A stretch of 64,000 bases of DNA from Terriglobia bacterium (GTDB lineage: Bacteria > Acidobacteriota > Terriglobia > JAJPHL01 > JAPKYU01). Shown in pieces: positions 19,576 to 29,675 of this stretch. Within the stretch, counting starts at the first letter, position 1, and each line of letters begins with the position of its first letter. The notes below the pieces were generated by a model that was given only the letters and a program-made list of their open reading frames with translations, was not told where the DNA came from and ran no database searches. The translations under genes were made by a program, and so were the position numbers. The stretch lies in NCBI GenBank assembly GCA_965206645.1, contig CBDBKE010000003.1, positions 204,425 to 268,424 on the forward strand, in the 5' to 3' direction.

Positions 19576-20256
19576 TTACTCTTCAACCAGTACGCCCTTG
19601 TCCAGGTGGCGTACGGTGCGGGCGTAGCGTGTGGCGCGGGCGTCGTGCGTGACCAACACAATGGTTTTGCCGAAATCGCGATTCAGTCGTCCAAAAATCT
19701 CCAGCACTTCCGAGGCGGACTGTGCGTCCAAATCGCCGGTAGGCTCGTCGGCCAGCAGCAGGGTGGGGTCAGTGACGAAGGCGCGCGCGATGGCCACCCG
19801 CTGCTCCTGCCCGCCGGAAAGCTGCCGCGGATAGTGCTCAGCGCGGTCGGAGAGGCCAACCAGCTTCAGGGCGGTCAGCACGTGCTGGCGGCGCTCGGCC
19901 CGCGACAGTCGGGTCAGCAACAGCGGCAGCTCCACGTTTTCAAACGCCGTCAGCACCGGGATCAGGTTGAAGGTTTGGAACACGAATCCGATATGGTGGT
20001 TGCGCCATCTCGCCAGCTCGCTCTCGGACATGCGGGTAGGCTCGGCATTCAGGACTCTCAGACCGCCGGAACTGGGTTGGTCAATGCCGGCGATCAGGTT
20101 CAGCAGCGTGGATTTTCCTGAACCGGACGGCCCCATCAGCACCAGGAAATCCCCCTGGGCCACCTCCAGGGTAATCCCGTCCAGCGCCCGCACCTCGATG
20201 GAACCGCGACGGAATATCTTTTTCAGCTGGTGCACCTCGATGAGCTTAGAGGCCAT
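19576..20256 (-). CDS. ABC transporter ATP-binding protein (MacB/LolD/FtsE-like)
   Basis: Walker [10 protein letters not shown], signature LSGGQEQR and Walker B LLLADEPT. Confidence 0.9.
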   Translation of the reverse strand: MASKLIEVHQLKKIFRRGSIEVRALDGITLEVAQGDFLVLMGPSGSGKSTLLNLIAGIDQPSSGGLRVLNAEPTRMSESELARWRNHHIGFVFQTFNLIPVLTAFENVELPLLLTRLSRAERRQHVLTALKLVGLSDRAEHYPRQLSGGQEQRVAIARAFVTDPTLLLADEPTGDLDAQSASEVLEIFGRLNRDFGKTIVLVTHDARATRYARTVRHLDKGVLVEE

Positions 20257-20317
20257 ATGGATTAGATTTCCGAGCGTGGCTCTGGAGTTGCAAATTCTTG
20301 GCCTGGCTTACCTGCGC

Positions 20318-21664
20318 CTACTGCCTACTGGGCGTCCGGACGCGCTGGCCGTTCTTTAATGCCTCGGGATTGCTCACCACTACAACTTCGTCTCCGGTCA
20401 GCCCGGAGAGGATGCGGACGGAACCGCCGGTCTGGGGGCCCAAGCGGACCGTCTTGCGCGCCGTGCGTGAATTTTCGACTGCCAGCACCGCAGGCTGGCC
20501 TTCGGCCTGAAATACGGCGGCGCGCGGCACCATCAATTCCCTTTCGCGGACCTGGCCGCCCTCGGGATCTTCAAAGAACACTTTGGCGTTCATTTCCGGG
20601 CGCAGGTACTCGTCCGGATTCTCGACCTGCACCTTCACCTGTACGGTGGCCTTCTGCCGGTCCGCTTCCGGGGCGATCTCAGCGACCACGCCGCGGTAGC
20701 GCCGGTCGGGGAACGCATCGGGCACCACCCGACAGGGCTGGCCCAGCGAGACGCGGGCGAACTCGCTCTGACTGATGTCTAACTCCACCTGCAGGTCGTT
20801 CAAGTCGGCCAGCGTCACCACTGACGATTTGGCGCCGCGCTCGCCCACGAACATAGTGGTCACCATTTCCCCCTGCTCCACAAGGCGCTCCAGAACAGTG
20901 CCGCTGACGGGAGAACGGATCCGGGTGGCCTCCAGTTGCGCTTCGGCGAATTGCAGGGTACCGCGGGCCTGCTGAACCTGAGCGCGCGCCTGGTCAATTT
21001 CCTCCTGGCGGGGACCTAGGCGGACCAGCTCGTACTGCTTTTCGGCCGCTTCTACCTGGGCCTCCACCATGTCGGATTGGGCGCGCGCGTTGTCCAGAGC
21101 TTCGCGGGAAACCACGCCCTCGCGCGACAGGCCCTCGGAACGTTCCAGGTTGAGTTTGGCGTTCCGCAGGTTTGCCTGGGCTTCTTCGAGCCGGGCCCGG
21201 GCATGTTCGATTTCCTGTGGCCGCGACCCAGCCTCCATCTGGCGCAGGCGCGCCTCCGCAGCTTGCAGCGTCCCGCTCGCCTCTCCCACCTGAGCCCGGT
21301 ACTCCCGGTCTTCGAGCCGCACCACCATCTGATTCTTCTGTACGCGGTCGCCCTTCTCCACTCCAATCCAGGTGACCCGTCCCATCACCTTGGTGCCGAG
21401 CTGGATCTTGTGGTGGGGCACGACGTAGCCGCCAGCCACCAGCACGGCCACGGGCTGGCTCATTTCCATCCCGGTCACGCGGGCCACCTGCACCATCGGG
21501 GGGCGGGCGCCGAACCAGACTGCCAACGCCAACAGCCCCACGGCACCGACTGCGAGCGGCACGAGTACGCGGCGGGACAGACGCGGGCCTGGGGACGGCT
21601 TCGACTCCCGGTCAATCCGTAGCGTCTCCAGTTCCTGCGAGAGGCGGTCCTTCATTGGTACCAA
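20318..21664 (-). CDS. efflux membrane-fusion protein (HlyD/MacA family periplasmic adaptor)
   Basis: N-terminal TM anchor, a long coiled-coil and beta-barrel-like segments. Confidence 0.85.
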   Translation of the reverse strand: MVPMKDRLSQELETLRIDRESKPSPGPRLSRRVLVPLAVGAVGLLALAVWFGARPPMVQVARVTGMEMSQPVAVLVAGGYVVPHHKIQLGTKVMGRVTWIGVEKGDRVQKNQMVVRLEDREYRAQVGEASGTLQAAEARLRQMEAGSRPQEIEHARARLEEAQANLRNAKLNLERSEGLSREGVVSREALDNARAQSDMVEAQVEAAEKQYELVRLGPRQEEIDQARAQVQQARGTLQFAEAQLEATRIRSPVSGTVLERLVEQGEMVTTMFVGERGAKSSVVTLADLNDLQVELDISQSEFARVSLGQPCRVVPDAFPDRRYRGVVAEIAPEADRQKATVQVKVQVENPDEYLRPEMNAKVFFEDPEGGQVRERELMVPRAAVFQAEGQPAVLAVENSRTARKTVRLGPQTGGSVRILSGLTGDEVVVVSNPEALKNGQRVRTPSRQ

Positions 21665-21775
21665 TCTCCCCTCGCTAGTTTACCAAGTTGTTGACGAACA
21701 TCTGGCATGGCCACTCGCTCACGGTCGCGGCTCGGCAGTGTCTGCCTTTCTGTCTTCCCTACCAGGCGCACGTTC

Positions 21776-22933
21776 TTACTCGCGCAGTCCCAGCACTGGC
21801 GGTTTCTGCGCCGCCAGTCGCGCTGGTAGCAGGCCGCCTACGACGCCCACCACCGCCGCAAACATCAGGCCCTGCCCCATCAGTGGCGGCGTAATGCGAA
21901 ATTGAAACGCCACTTCGGCGAAGGTGGAAAAATTCACGGTACCGGTGGACAGCCCGTGAATGGGAAGTGCCAGCAGACAGCCCAGCACGCCCCCGGCCGT
22001 GGCCAGCAGCACCGATTCGACCAAGAGCGCCAGCATCACCGAGGCCCGCGAGAACCCCAGCACGCGCAGCGTGGCGACTTCCCGCGCCCGGTAGGCCACC
22101 GTGGCGTACATCGCGTTCATAGCCGCAAAGCACGATCCGACGGCCATCACCAGGGCGATGAAGGTGCCCAGCACCTGGATCGGCATTGAGGAGCGCATCT
22201 GGTCGCGGTAGTATTGCGGCTCGGGTCGGGCCTGGAGGTGGAGCTGGCGGTCCTCACTGATGCGACGGGAAAGTTCAGCCGCTGCAGTGGCGTCCTCAGC
22301 CCGCAGCAACACCGAGGAGTAAATCCCGCTGCGGTTGAAGTCGTCGGCGACAGCGCTGACGTCGGTCCACAGTTCCGAATCGTAAGCGCTCCCGCCAGCT
22401 TCGATGAGACCCACGACGAGCCATTCGCTGGGGCCGAGCCGGATTGTGGAACCCAGCTCCAGCCCGAACCGGCGCGCCATGCGGCGGCTGCACACCAATT
22501 CCCGCAGGCCACTTCGGAAGATGCGGCCTTCCACCAGGCGCACCTGCTCGCGCAGCAGGAAGCCGGTCGGCGTGATCCCACGCAGGATAACGTGGGTCTC
22601 GTCGCCGCCGGCCCGCGGGATGAAAATCAACACCAGCAATTCCGGCGAGACCAGCGGTTCGCCCGAGCCGTCTTTCTGGATTCCTGGCAGGTACTTCAGG
22701 GTTTGCAGGGTGGGCACGGGCAGGCTGCTGTTGGTTTCCACTTGCGAACCCTGCCGGATCACCACCAGGTTCAGTGGGTGCCCGGTTTCGGCAAAGACGT
22801 TTTCCAGGCCCTGCACCAGGGCCATCACAGAAATAAAGACGGCCACGGTGGCGGCGACGCTGATGATGGCCATGGCAGTGCCGGTGCGCCGCACTCGCAG
22901 GCTGCGAAGGCTGTACTTCAATGGGATAGCCAT
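21776..22933 (-). CDS. ABC transporter permease, FtsX/MacB family
   Basis: The likely start is MAIPLKYSLRSL, ATG at 22931-22933 reverse-complemented. FtsX-like C-terminal TM bundle. Confidence 0.8.
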   Translation of the reverse strand: MAIPLKYSLRSLRVRRTGTAMAIISVAATVAVFISVMALVQGLENVFAETGHPLNLVVIRQGSQVETNSSLPVPTLQTLKYLPGIQKDGSGEPLVSPELLVLIFIPRAGGDETHVILRGITPTGFLLREQVRLVEGRIFRSGLRELVCSRRMARRFGLELGSTIRLGPSEWLVVGLIEAGGSAYDSELWTDVSAVADDFNRSGIYSSVLLRAEDATAAAELSRRISEDRQLHLQARPEPQYYRDQMRSSMPIQVLGTFIALVMAVGSCFAAMNAMYATVAYRAREVATLRVLGFSRASVMLALLVESVLLATAGGVLGCLLALPIHGLSTGTVNFSTFAEVAFQFRITPPLMGQGLMFAAVVGVVGGLLPARLAAQKPPVLGLRE

Positions 22934-22938
22934 ATGGC

Positions 22939-24087
22939 TCAGCCCACGTGCCGGAGGGCCTGGGCGATGGGCAGTCCGGCAGCGCGCAGGGCGGGCACGG
23001 CCGCCGCCGCCAGCCCGATGGCCAACGCCAGGCTCATGCCCAGCACCATTGCCTCTGGCTGGACCCGGAGCTGGATCAGAAAACCGCTGGTGGCGCGCTG
23101 CATGTCCAGGGTGGAATACAGCAGCTTGGCGCCACCGCAACCCAGCAGTCCGCTCAAGAAACCAATCAGCAGCGCCTCGCTGAGCAGCAGCCCCAGAATC
23201 AGGTTGCGGGTGTACCCCAAGGTTTTCATCACCGCCACTTCCGCCGTGCGCTCGCGAATGGACATGGCCATGGTTGCGGCCGTGACCAGCAGAATGGTGA
23301 AGACCACCACCGCCGAAATGCTGCCGATGAACAACTTTACGTTGCCCAGCATGTTGCTGAAGCTAAGCTGGAACGCCTTTTCGGTTTCGGTCTTAGTGGG
23401 AGCGGTGCTGTTGCGGAACATGTCGTCGACGGTCCGGGCGATCACGGGGACCGCGTCGGCCGACTCTGCCTGGATGCAAAACGACCCCGCCACTCCCTGT
23501 CCGTTCATCAACTCGTCCAGGTAGTCGTAGTGGAACCAAAGCATCGCCTCGTCGGGCGGAGTGGGGGAGGTGAAGCTTCCCACCAGTTTCAGTTCCGGGT
23601 CGACGGGATAGATGGTGCCCTTCAATGTGATGCGATCGCCAATTCTCCAACCGAACCGTTCGAACAGGCGCACGCCTGCCACAGCCGCCGTACGTTCTTT
23701 GATGAAGTTTTCCCGTCGCTGCGGGTCAATTTCAAACTCCGGATAGACCTGGAATCCCTTGTCGGCGTCCACGGCGAATTGGGCAAAGAAGTTCCCTTCG
23801 TCAATGTAAATGCCCCCGAACCAGCTGGCGACCATGACGTTTCTGACCCCGGGCACCTCCCGGATCTGCTCGCGGTGGGCGAGCGGCAGCGGGTTGGCTA
23901 TGGAAACCGAGTGGCGCGTCCATAGGCGCAGAGCGCTTTCCGGCGTGGTGCTGGTGGCCTGAAGCTCGTACAGCACGGTGTGCAGGGTGACCAGCAGGAA
24001 CAGGGATGCCCCCAAGCTGAGCACCGTCAGAAGGGTGCGGCGTTTGTTCCGGACCGCACTTTTCAGCACCAGCGCTGCAAACCTCAT
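22939..24087 (-). CDS. ABC transporter permease, FtsX/MacB family (second copy)
   Basis: MRFAALVLKSAVRNKRRT... is a typical FtsX N-terminus. Its stop lies 5 nt before the next permease start. Confidence 0.8.
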   Translation of the reverse strand: MRFAALVLKSAVRNKRRTLLTVLSLGASLFLLVTLHTVLYELQATSTTPESALRLWTRHSVSIANPLPLAHREQIREVPGVRNVMVASWFGGIYIDEGNFFAQFAVDADKGFQVYPEFEIDPQRRENFIKERTAAVAGVRLFERFGWRIGDRITLKGTIYPVDPELKLVGSFTSPTPPDEAMLWFHYDYLDELMNGQGVAGSFCIQAESADAVPVIARTVDDMFRNSTAPTKTETEKAFQLSFSNMLGNVKLFIGSISAVVVFTILLVTAATMAMSIRERTAEVAVMKTLGYTRNLILGLLLSEALLIGFLSGLLGCGGAKLLYSTLDMQRATSGFLIQLRVQPEAMVLGMSLALAIGLAAAAVPALRAAGLPIAQALRHVG

Positions 24088-24112
24088 GGGAGTCGAACTT
24101 GGAAGGCCGCGA

Positions 24113-24158
24113 CCCTGGTTAAACCCCTGGCTAAACCCCTGGTTAAACCGTGGTTAAG
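24113..24158. repeat. tandem 12-bp repeat CCCTGG(T/C)TAAAC x3.5
   Basis: ccctggttaaac / ccctggctaaac / ccctggttaaac / cgtggttaag, between the response-regulator stop and the permease start. Confidence 0.7.
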
Positions 24159-25476
24159 ATGCCCCGCCCAGGCGGTGCAAGATCTCCCCAACAATGGTGT
24201 CCACCAAGCCCGGGACCGCCTTCAAGTTCGGCATGGCCTTGTCCAGGGCGCCTTCTACCGCGGCTCGCACAGCCGCCTCGTCCGGAACGGACCCTGCCCC
24301 TTGCGAAGGTGCAGTGACCACTGGCTGCGGCGGCGCAACAGGCTCTGGGGCTGGTGGTGGCGCGGCCTCTTCCGCCGGGGCTGGCGGTGTTGTGGGCTCC
24401 GGGGCAGCCGACGGAGCGGCCTCCGGGACGGAATCCGCAGGCGCTGTTGCCTCCTGGGGGGCCACTGGTGCGGGTTCCTCAACGCGCTCTAATAGGTCCG
24501 CCCAATCCACAGCGGGCGCTGGTTCTGGCGTGGCCGCTGCTACCGGCTCCGGAGGTGCCTCTTCAGCTTCCGGAGGTGGAGCAGCGCCAAACACGGCGCG
24601 GTCCATGTCCGTAACGCGTTCAGGTTCGGCCACCCAGTGCTGGGCCGGCTCGGGTGCTACGGCGGCCATGGCCGCTGGCGCGGGCTGCTCTTCGAGTTCC
24701 GGCACTGTCAACTCGGGGATGACAACATCCTCCGTGGCTACCTGGCTTTCTGCCGCTTCCGCATATTCGCCCACCGGCGCGGCCAGCGGCTCTTCGGCCT
24801 GAGCGATTTCCTGAGCCACTGCGGGCTCGGCGCCGTGGGCCGCGGCAGCCTGCAATTCCACCTCTGCCGCGGAAACAGCAGGTGCTGGCGCTTCCACTGC
24901 GGCTGAGGCAGGGGCGGCCGGAGCAGTCTCTGCAGATGGAGATTCCTCAAACAAGTCAAATGCAGCCTGCTGCTGCAAGTCCGCCGGCACTTCCACACGC
25001 GCCGTGGAGGTGGTGGGGATTTCTTCCAGCAGCTGACTTTCCTCAGCCTTCTGTGCCTGGAGCTCTTCTGGGGATGGGGGAGGTGGGGGAGGCGCCGGCT
25101 TCCGCTCCTGCGACAGTTGCAACATCTCGCGCACCGTCGTCACCACGTCACTAGCTTCGAAAGGTTTTTTCAGGACCGCATCCGCCTGCACCTTTCTGCC
25201 TTGTTCCTGGTTGTAGGGCTCCAGTTGTCCCACGACCAGCACCACCGGAATGTGGGCAAGTTCCGGGGAGCTTCTGACGAAGGTGCAGACTTCGTAGCCG
25301 GTGCGGCCGGGCATGAACACGTCTGCCAGAACCACGTCAAATCCGCCTTCGGGAAGCTTCTTCACGGCTGCTTCGCCATTACTGACCGTCACTACTTGGA
25401 TGTCCTCGCCGGCAAGGATCTTGGTGGCCATGCGCTGGGCGTGCGTACTGTCGTCTGCTAACAAAATCTTAGGCAC
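24154..25476 (-). CDS. response regulator (CheY-like receiver) with a long Pro/Ala/Glu-rich low-complexity region
   Basis: N-terminal receiver MPKILLADDS...VVLADVFMPG. About 280 aa of PAPEA-rich sequence follows. I recognise no output domain. Confidence 0.75.
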   Translation of the reverse strand: MPKILLADDSTHAQRMATKILAGEDIQVVTVSNGEAAVKKLPEGGFDVVLADVFMPGRTGYEVCTFVRSSPELAHIPVVLVVGQLEPYNQEQGRKVQADAVLKKPFEASDVVTTVREMLQLSQERKPAPPPPPPSPEELQAQKAEESQLLEEIPTTSTARVEVPADLQQQAAFDLFEESPSAETAPAAPASAAVEAPAPAVSAAEVELQAAAAHGAEPAVAQEIAQAEEPLAAPVGEYAEAAESQVATEDVVIPELTVPELEEQPAPAAMAAVAPEPAQHWVAEPERVTDMDRAVFGAAPPPEAEEAPPEPVAAATPEPAPAVDWADLLERVEEPAPVAPQEATAPADSVPEAAPSAAPEPTTPPAPAEEAAPPPAPEPVAPPQPVVTAPSQGAGSVPDEAAVRAAVEGALDKAMPNLKAVPGLVDTIVGEILHRLGGAS

Positions 25477-25688
25477 GGAACTTCTCCCTACCTTTGCAGG
25501 TGACCTTCAGGAATTCTAACCACGAGGGTAGCGGCCTGACAAGCGCGAAACGGTTTCCGCCGGGGAATAGGGAGACGGCTTCGATGGCTCCCTTTAGGCA
25601 TGGAAAGCGTGCAGCTGCTGCGGCTGTTGACTCTTGCGTTCCGTGCGGGTACTCGTATGGGTAAAGGCTGACTTTATTTTTCCTGTGC

Positions 25689-26852
25689 TTACTCTCCCCG
25701 AGTGGGCGAGCCGCCCTCAGGCGGAGGCTGCGGTGTCGAGGACTCCGGCGCGTTGCCTGAGGTTGGCGGCGGAGTCGGGTCCGAAGTGGTAACCGGCTCG
25801 GACGCCGGCCGGACCGCTTCCAGACGGATACCTGAGGTGCCGGTGCGGCCGGGTTCGGCGGCCGTGATGCTGACTGGTTCGGTTTCTGGCTTCTTGGGAA
25901 ACAGCACCGGTTTACCCGCCTTGCTGGCCATGCTGACGTCGGGCCGCGTGCGGAACACGTTCATCGTCTTCCCGATGATTCCCTTCGTCTCGCGATGTTC
26001 GAGATCGTATTTCATCCGCGCATAGGCTTCCGGGCTGGGGTCTGGGATGGGCAGCTCCCAGTCCACCAGCTTGTCCTTAGCGTCGCTCACCAGGTCACTG
26101 AGGGGGTAGTCGGAGATGATCTTGGAGTAAGCCGCGGCCGCCTGAGGCCGATAGTTTTCTCCCCCCATCTCCCAAGATTCGCCCATCATCCACAACGCCC
26201 GGTCGCCCCGGCTGTAGTTGGGATAGTTGTCGGTGAGTTCCTTCAGCCGGGAGATAGTCGCGCGGGGATTCCCCTTGATGAAGTAGTGGCGACTCACGCG
26301 AAAATCGCTCTCAGCAATTACCTCCTGGACTTCGCGCAGGCGCTGCTCGGCTTCCTCGCGGAAGGGGCTGTTTGGGAACTGCAGCAGCACTTCGCGGAAC
26401 TCCTCCTCGGCGCGGAGGGCGTGAGTCCGGTCGCGGTCCGGCTTTTCCATCTGCTGGTAATGGATCATGGCCACTTTCAACTGGGCCTCGGAGGCTTCCG
26501 GCATCGTGGGGAAGAAGGTGATGAAGTCCTTGTACTCCGCCTCGGCTTGAGCCAGCCCGCTGGTGCCTCCGTGGCGGTACCAGGAGTCAGCGATCGCGAG
26601 CTTGGCCTTGGCCAGATACTCGCTGTCAGGATAGGTATTCAAGAGGGTTTGTAAGGTGAGCCGGGCTATCTCGTAGCGACCCCTTTCGAGGTCGAGCACC
26701 GACTGGTCAAACAGCGTCTTGTCCGGCTGCTGCGAATCGCCGACGATCGGCGTCTCGTATTTGTCGCGGCGCAAGCTACAGCCGGCCCACAGAGCCACCG
26801 AGAGCAACAGCACCAGTGCGCGAGCTACCATCGGAGCAGGTTTATTCATCAC
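25689..26852 (-). CDS. bamD: outer membrane protein assembly factor BamD (TPR lipoprotein)
   Basis: Lipobox LWAGCS with TPR-like helices. The LKVAMIHYQQ and RVSRHYFIKGNPRA regions are typical of BamD/YfiO. Confidence 0.8.
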   Translation of the reverse strand: MMNKPAPMVARALVLLLSVALWAGCSLRRDKYETPIVGDSQQPDKTLFDQSVLDLERGRYEIARLTLQTLLNTYPDSEYLAKAKLAIADSWYRHGGTSGLAQAEAEYKDFITFFPTMPEASEAQLKVAMIHYQQMEKPDRDRTHALRAEEEFREVLLQFPNSPFREEAEQRLREVQEVIAESDFRVSRHYFIKGNPRATISRLKELTDNYPNYSRGDRALWMMGESWEMGGENYRPQAAAAYSKIISDYPLSDLVSDAKDKLVDWELPIPDPSPEAYARMKYDLEHRETKGIIGKTMNVFRTRPDVSMASKAGKPVLFPKKPETEPVSITAAEPGRTGTSGIRLEAVRPASEPVTTSDPTPPPTSGNAPESSTPQPPPEGGSPTRGE

Positions 26853-26868
26853 ATCACCCTTGGCGTGT

Positions 26869-27591
26869 TCAAATTTTCGACAGCATGGCCGTCTCGGCCC
26901 GCTTCAAGAGCAACTCGACCGCAGCCGCCGGATCGGCGCTGTGAAACACACTGGAGCCGGCCACAATAATGTCAGTTCCTGCCCGGACCGCCTCCAAGAC
27001 GTTGTCGGAGCTGATACCTCCGTCAATCCCGATGAGAAATTCCAGACCGCGCTCTTCCCGCATCCGGGCCAGTCGGCCAATTTTGTCCAGGGAGCGCGGG
27101 ATGAACTGCTGGCCTCCAAATCCTGGGTTGACGCTCATCACCAGGACGTAGTCTACGCACTCCAGCACCTCGCTGAGCATCTCCACCGGCGTGGCCGGAT
27201 TGATCACCGCCCCGGCCGCCGCCCCACAATTGCGGATGTAGCTGAGAGTGCGGTCTAGATGGAGGCAGGCTTCCTGGTGCACGGAGATCCTCTCCGCTCC
27301 TGCCTCGCAGAAGGCGGAAACGTAGCGGTCGGGGTCGGAGATCATCAGATGACAATCCAGAGGCAACGCAGTGACCTTCCGCACCGCGGCCACCACCGGC
27401 GGGCCGATGGTGATATTCGGGACGAAGTGGCCGTCCATCACGTCCAGGTGCAGCAGGCTGGCTCCGCCGCGTTCCACTGCCTGGATTTGCTCGGCCAGAT
27501 GGGCAAAGTCAGCCGAGAGAATGGACGGCGCAATCTGCACACGGTTAGGCACCAGGCGTTCCAGCCCCTTCATGCGCTTCGACAGTGGCAT
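26869..27591 (-). CDS. rpe: ribulose-phosphate 3-epimerase
   Basis: IAPSILSADF, HLDVMDGHFVPN and VMSVNPGFGGQ motifs. Confidence 0.9.
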   Translation of the reverse strand: MPLSKRMKGLERLVPNRVQIAPSILSADFAHLAEQIQAVERGGASLLHLDVMDGHFVPNITIGPPVVAAVRKVTALPLDCHLMISDPDRYVSAFCEAGAERISVHQEACLHLDRTLSYIRNCGAAAGAVINPATPVEMLSEVLECVDYVLVMSVNPGFGGQQFIPRSLDKIGRLARMREERGLEFLIGIDGGISSDNVLEAVRAGTDIIVAGSSVFHSADPAAAVELLLKRAETAMLSKI

Positions 27592-27870
27592 TCTAGCATG
27601 GCCCGCCCGCCTTGACCAACTGGGTCACTGCCCTCGAACTCGCTCGCTGCTCGGCAGCCGATGCCCCGTGCAAACGGGGCGGGACGGCAAGACCGGGTTC
27701 ACCCTGAAGCTGTGGACAATGTCGGATTCCTGTCATATGTTCGCCTGTGGTCTGCGCGGCGGCCAGGCGGTGAAGGCGGGGTAGTGAATTCTTAATCCGA
27801 GCCAGGGAGGAGGCCGTCCAATCAGTACTCGGAGGCCTGTTAAAGTTCTGCGAAATAGGGAGGAGCGGGG

Positions 27871-28704
27871 ATGGCGACCGGGGTGCATGACAACGAGCTG
27901 GCTGAGCGACTCCAAGTGGCTCGTCAGGCAGCAGAGCGCGCCGGCAGAATCACGCTGAAGCATTTTCAAACCGATTTCGAGCGGCAGACGAAGGCCGATG
28001 GTACGGTGGTCACCATTGCCGACCGTCAGAGCGAGCAGCTGCTGCGCAGGACCATCGAAAGAGCGTTTCCCTACGACGCCGTCCTGGGCGAGGAGTTCCA
28101 CGAAAAGCCTGGCCAGACGCGCTATCGCTGGATCCTGGATCCCATTGACGGCACGGTCAGCTTCGTCCAGGGCGTGCCGCTGTACGGGGTGCTGGTCGCG
28201 CTGGAGGACCTGGAAGTTCGACGAAGCGTCCTGGGAGTGATCCACCTGCCGTCGCTCGGGGAAACCGTGTATGCCCAGCGTGGCCACGGTTGCCATTGGG
28301 AGCGGCGAGTTGGAGGGAAGCGGCTGGCCATCCCGGCGCGGGTGTCGCGCGTGGAGAACCTGGACGCCGCCGTGCTGCTGGCCTCCGACTTTTGGAACGT
28401 ACCGCTCGAAGGACGGCGCCAGGAGCTGGCCCGGCTGGCGGGCAGAACTCGCCTCCAGCGAACCTGGGCCGATTGCTACGGCTACGTCCTGGTGGCCACC
28501 GGGCGCGCCGAACTGATGCTGGATAGCACGTTCAACCTTTGGGACGCTGCCCCGATGCAGCCAATTTTGGAGGAGGCGGGGGGGACGTTCACCGATTGGA
28601 CCGGTCAGCCAACCATCCACGGCGACTGTGGCCTGGCCACGAATGGTCTGCTGTTGAAAGAAGCGCTGGCCGTGATGCGCGAGGCGACCGAGGTTGGGGT
28701 CTAG
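27871..28704 (+). CDS. inositol monophosphatase family protein (SuhB/HisN-like)
   Basis: WILDPIDGT motif with the expected metal-binding aspartate pattern. Confidence 0.85.
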   Translation: MATGVHDNELAERLQVARQAAERAGRITLKHFQTDFERQTKADGTVVTIADRQSEQLLRRTIERAFPYDAVLGEEFHEKPGQTRYRWILDPIDGTVSFVQGVPLYGVLVALEDLEVRRSVLGVIHLPSLGETVYAQRGHGCHWERRVGGKRLAIPARVSRVENLDAAVLLASDFWNVPLEGRRQELARLAGRTRLQRTWADCYGYVLVATGRAELMLDSTFNLWDAAPMQPILEEAGGTFTDWTGQPTIHGDCGLATNGLLLKEALAVMREATEVGV

Positions 28705-28726
28705 GGGCTTCACCGCTGGAAGCCCC
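28704..28726 (+). terminator. GC-rich hairpin after the IMPase gene (no U-tract)
   Basis: GGGGCTTC-accgctg-GAAGCCCC. Stem 8 bp. Confidence 0.25.
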
Positions 28727-28800
28727 TACCCGGGGGCAGCGCTTCTGAGATGGGCAGTCTGGATCCGATACCTCACCCTGCTGGCAGCCGCCGGCGTTCC

Positions 28801-28830
28801 TTGACAGGGGCCGGCGCGGGCACCGACAAT
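28801..28830 (+). promoter_or_regulatory. candidate sigma70-type promoter TTGACA-18-GACAAT for the wzm operon
   Basis: Perfect -35 hexamer 47 nt upstream of the wzm ATG. The -10 is weak. Confidence 0.3.
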
Positions 28831-28853
28831 AAGCCGACAGGCCGGAAGCCGCG

Positions 28854-29675
28854 ATGAATGTGGGGTTTTTCTGGACAGTAGGGCGCGCGTTTGTGTCCAA
28901 CCTGGTGCAGCGGCGTGCACTGGTGGGCAACCTAGTCGTCCGCGATTTCAAGCAGCGCTACGTGGGTTCCTCGATCGGGTGGCTGTGGGGAGCGGTACAC
29001 CCGGCGGTTCTGCTGCTCAGCTACTGGTTCGTCTTCTCGAAGGTGTTCAAGGTCCCTCTGCGCCCCGAGTTGGGCACCGACAGCTTTGCTCTCTACCTGT
29101 TCGTGGGCATTCTGCCCTGGCTGTTGTTCCAGGACACCGTGCAGCGCTCGGCTACTGCCGTGATGGGCTACTCGAACCTGATTACCAAGACCATGTTCCC
29201 CTCCGAGGTGCTGCCCCTCTCGCTGTTGCTTTCCGGCATGCTGAACCACCTGCTGGGTCTGCTGGTGCTCTTGGGAATTCTGGGCCTGGTGGTCAAAAAG
29301 CTGACGGTGTTTGCGCTGCTGGTGCCGGTCTACACCCTTTTGCTGGCAGTGTTCACCATCGGCGTGAGCTGGCTGGTGGCCAGTCTGAACGTGTTTCTGC
29401 GGGATACGGCGCAGGCACTCTCGGTCGGGCTGATCTTCTGGTTCTGGTTCACGCCGATTTTCTACGCCGCCGACCGCCTGCCAGAAAACGCGCGGTTTAT
29501 CGCCTGGATCAATCCGCTGGCCTACGTGGTGGACGCCTACCGGAAGTGCCTGCTGGCCGGCCAGGCGCCGGCACTGGGCGACCTGGCGATTACCGCCGTC
29601 TTTGCTGTCACCGCTTTCGTGGCCGGCGGCCTGTTCTTCCGCTACACCAAGCGCGCCTTCGGAGATGTGCTCTGA
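28854..29675 (+). CDS. wzm: ABC-2 type polysaccharide export permease
   Basis: Six predicted TM helices. Its stop overlaps the wzt ATG (TGATG). Confidence 0.85.
   Translation: MNVGFFWTVGRAFVSNLVQRRALVGNLVVRDFKQRYVGSSIGWLWGAVHPAVLLLSYWFVFSKVFKVPLRPELGTDSFALYLFVGILPWLLFQDTVQRSATAVMGYSNLITKTMFPSEVLPLSLLLSGMLNHLLGLLVLLGILGLVVKKLTVFALLVPVYTLLLAVFTIGVSWLVASLNVFLRDTAQALSVGLIFWFWFTPIFYAADRLPENARFIAWINPLAYVVDAYRKCLLAGQAPALGDLAITAVFAVTAFVAGGLFFRYTKRAFGDVL

Noticed and set aside
22214-23524. 436-aa plus-strand ORF across the two FtsX permease genes
   Set aside because: It is antisense to well-supported permease genes. Its composition is a mirror-image artefact with no motifs.
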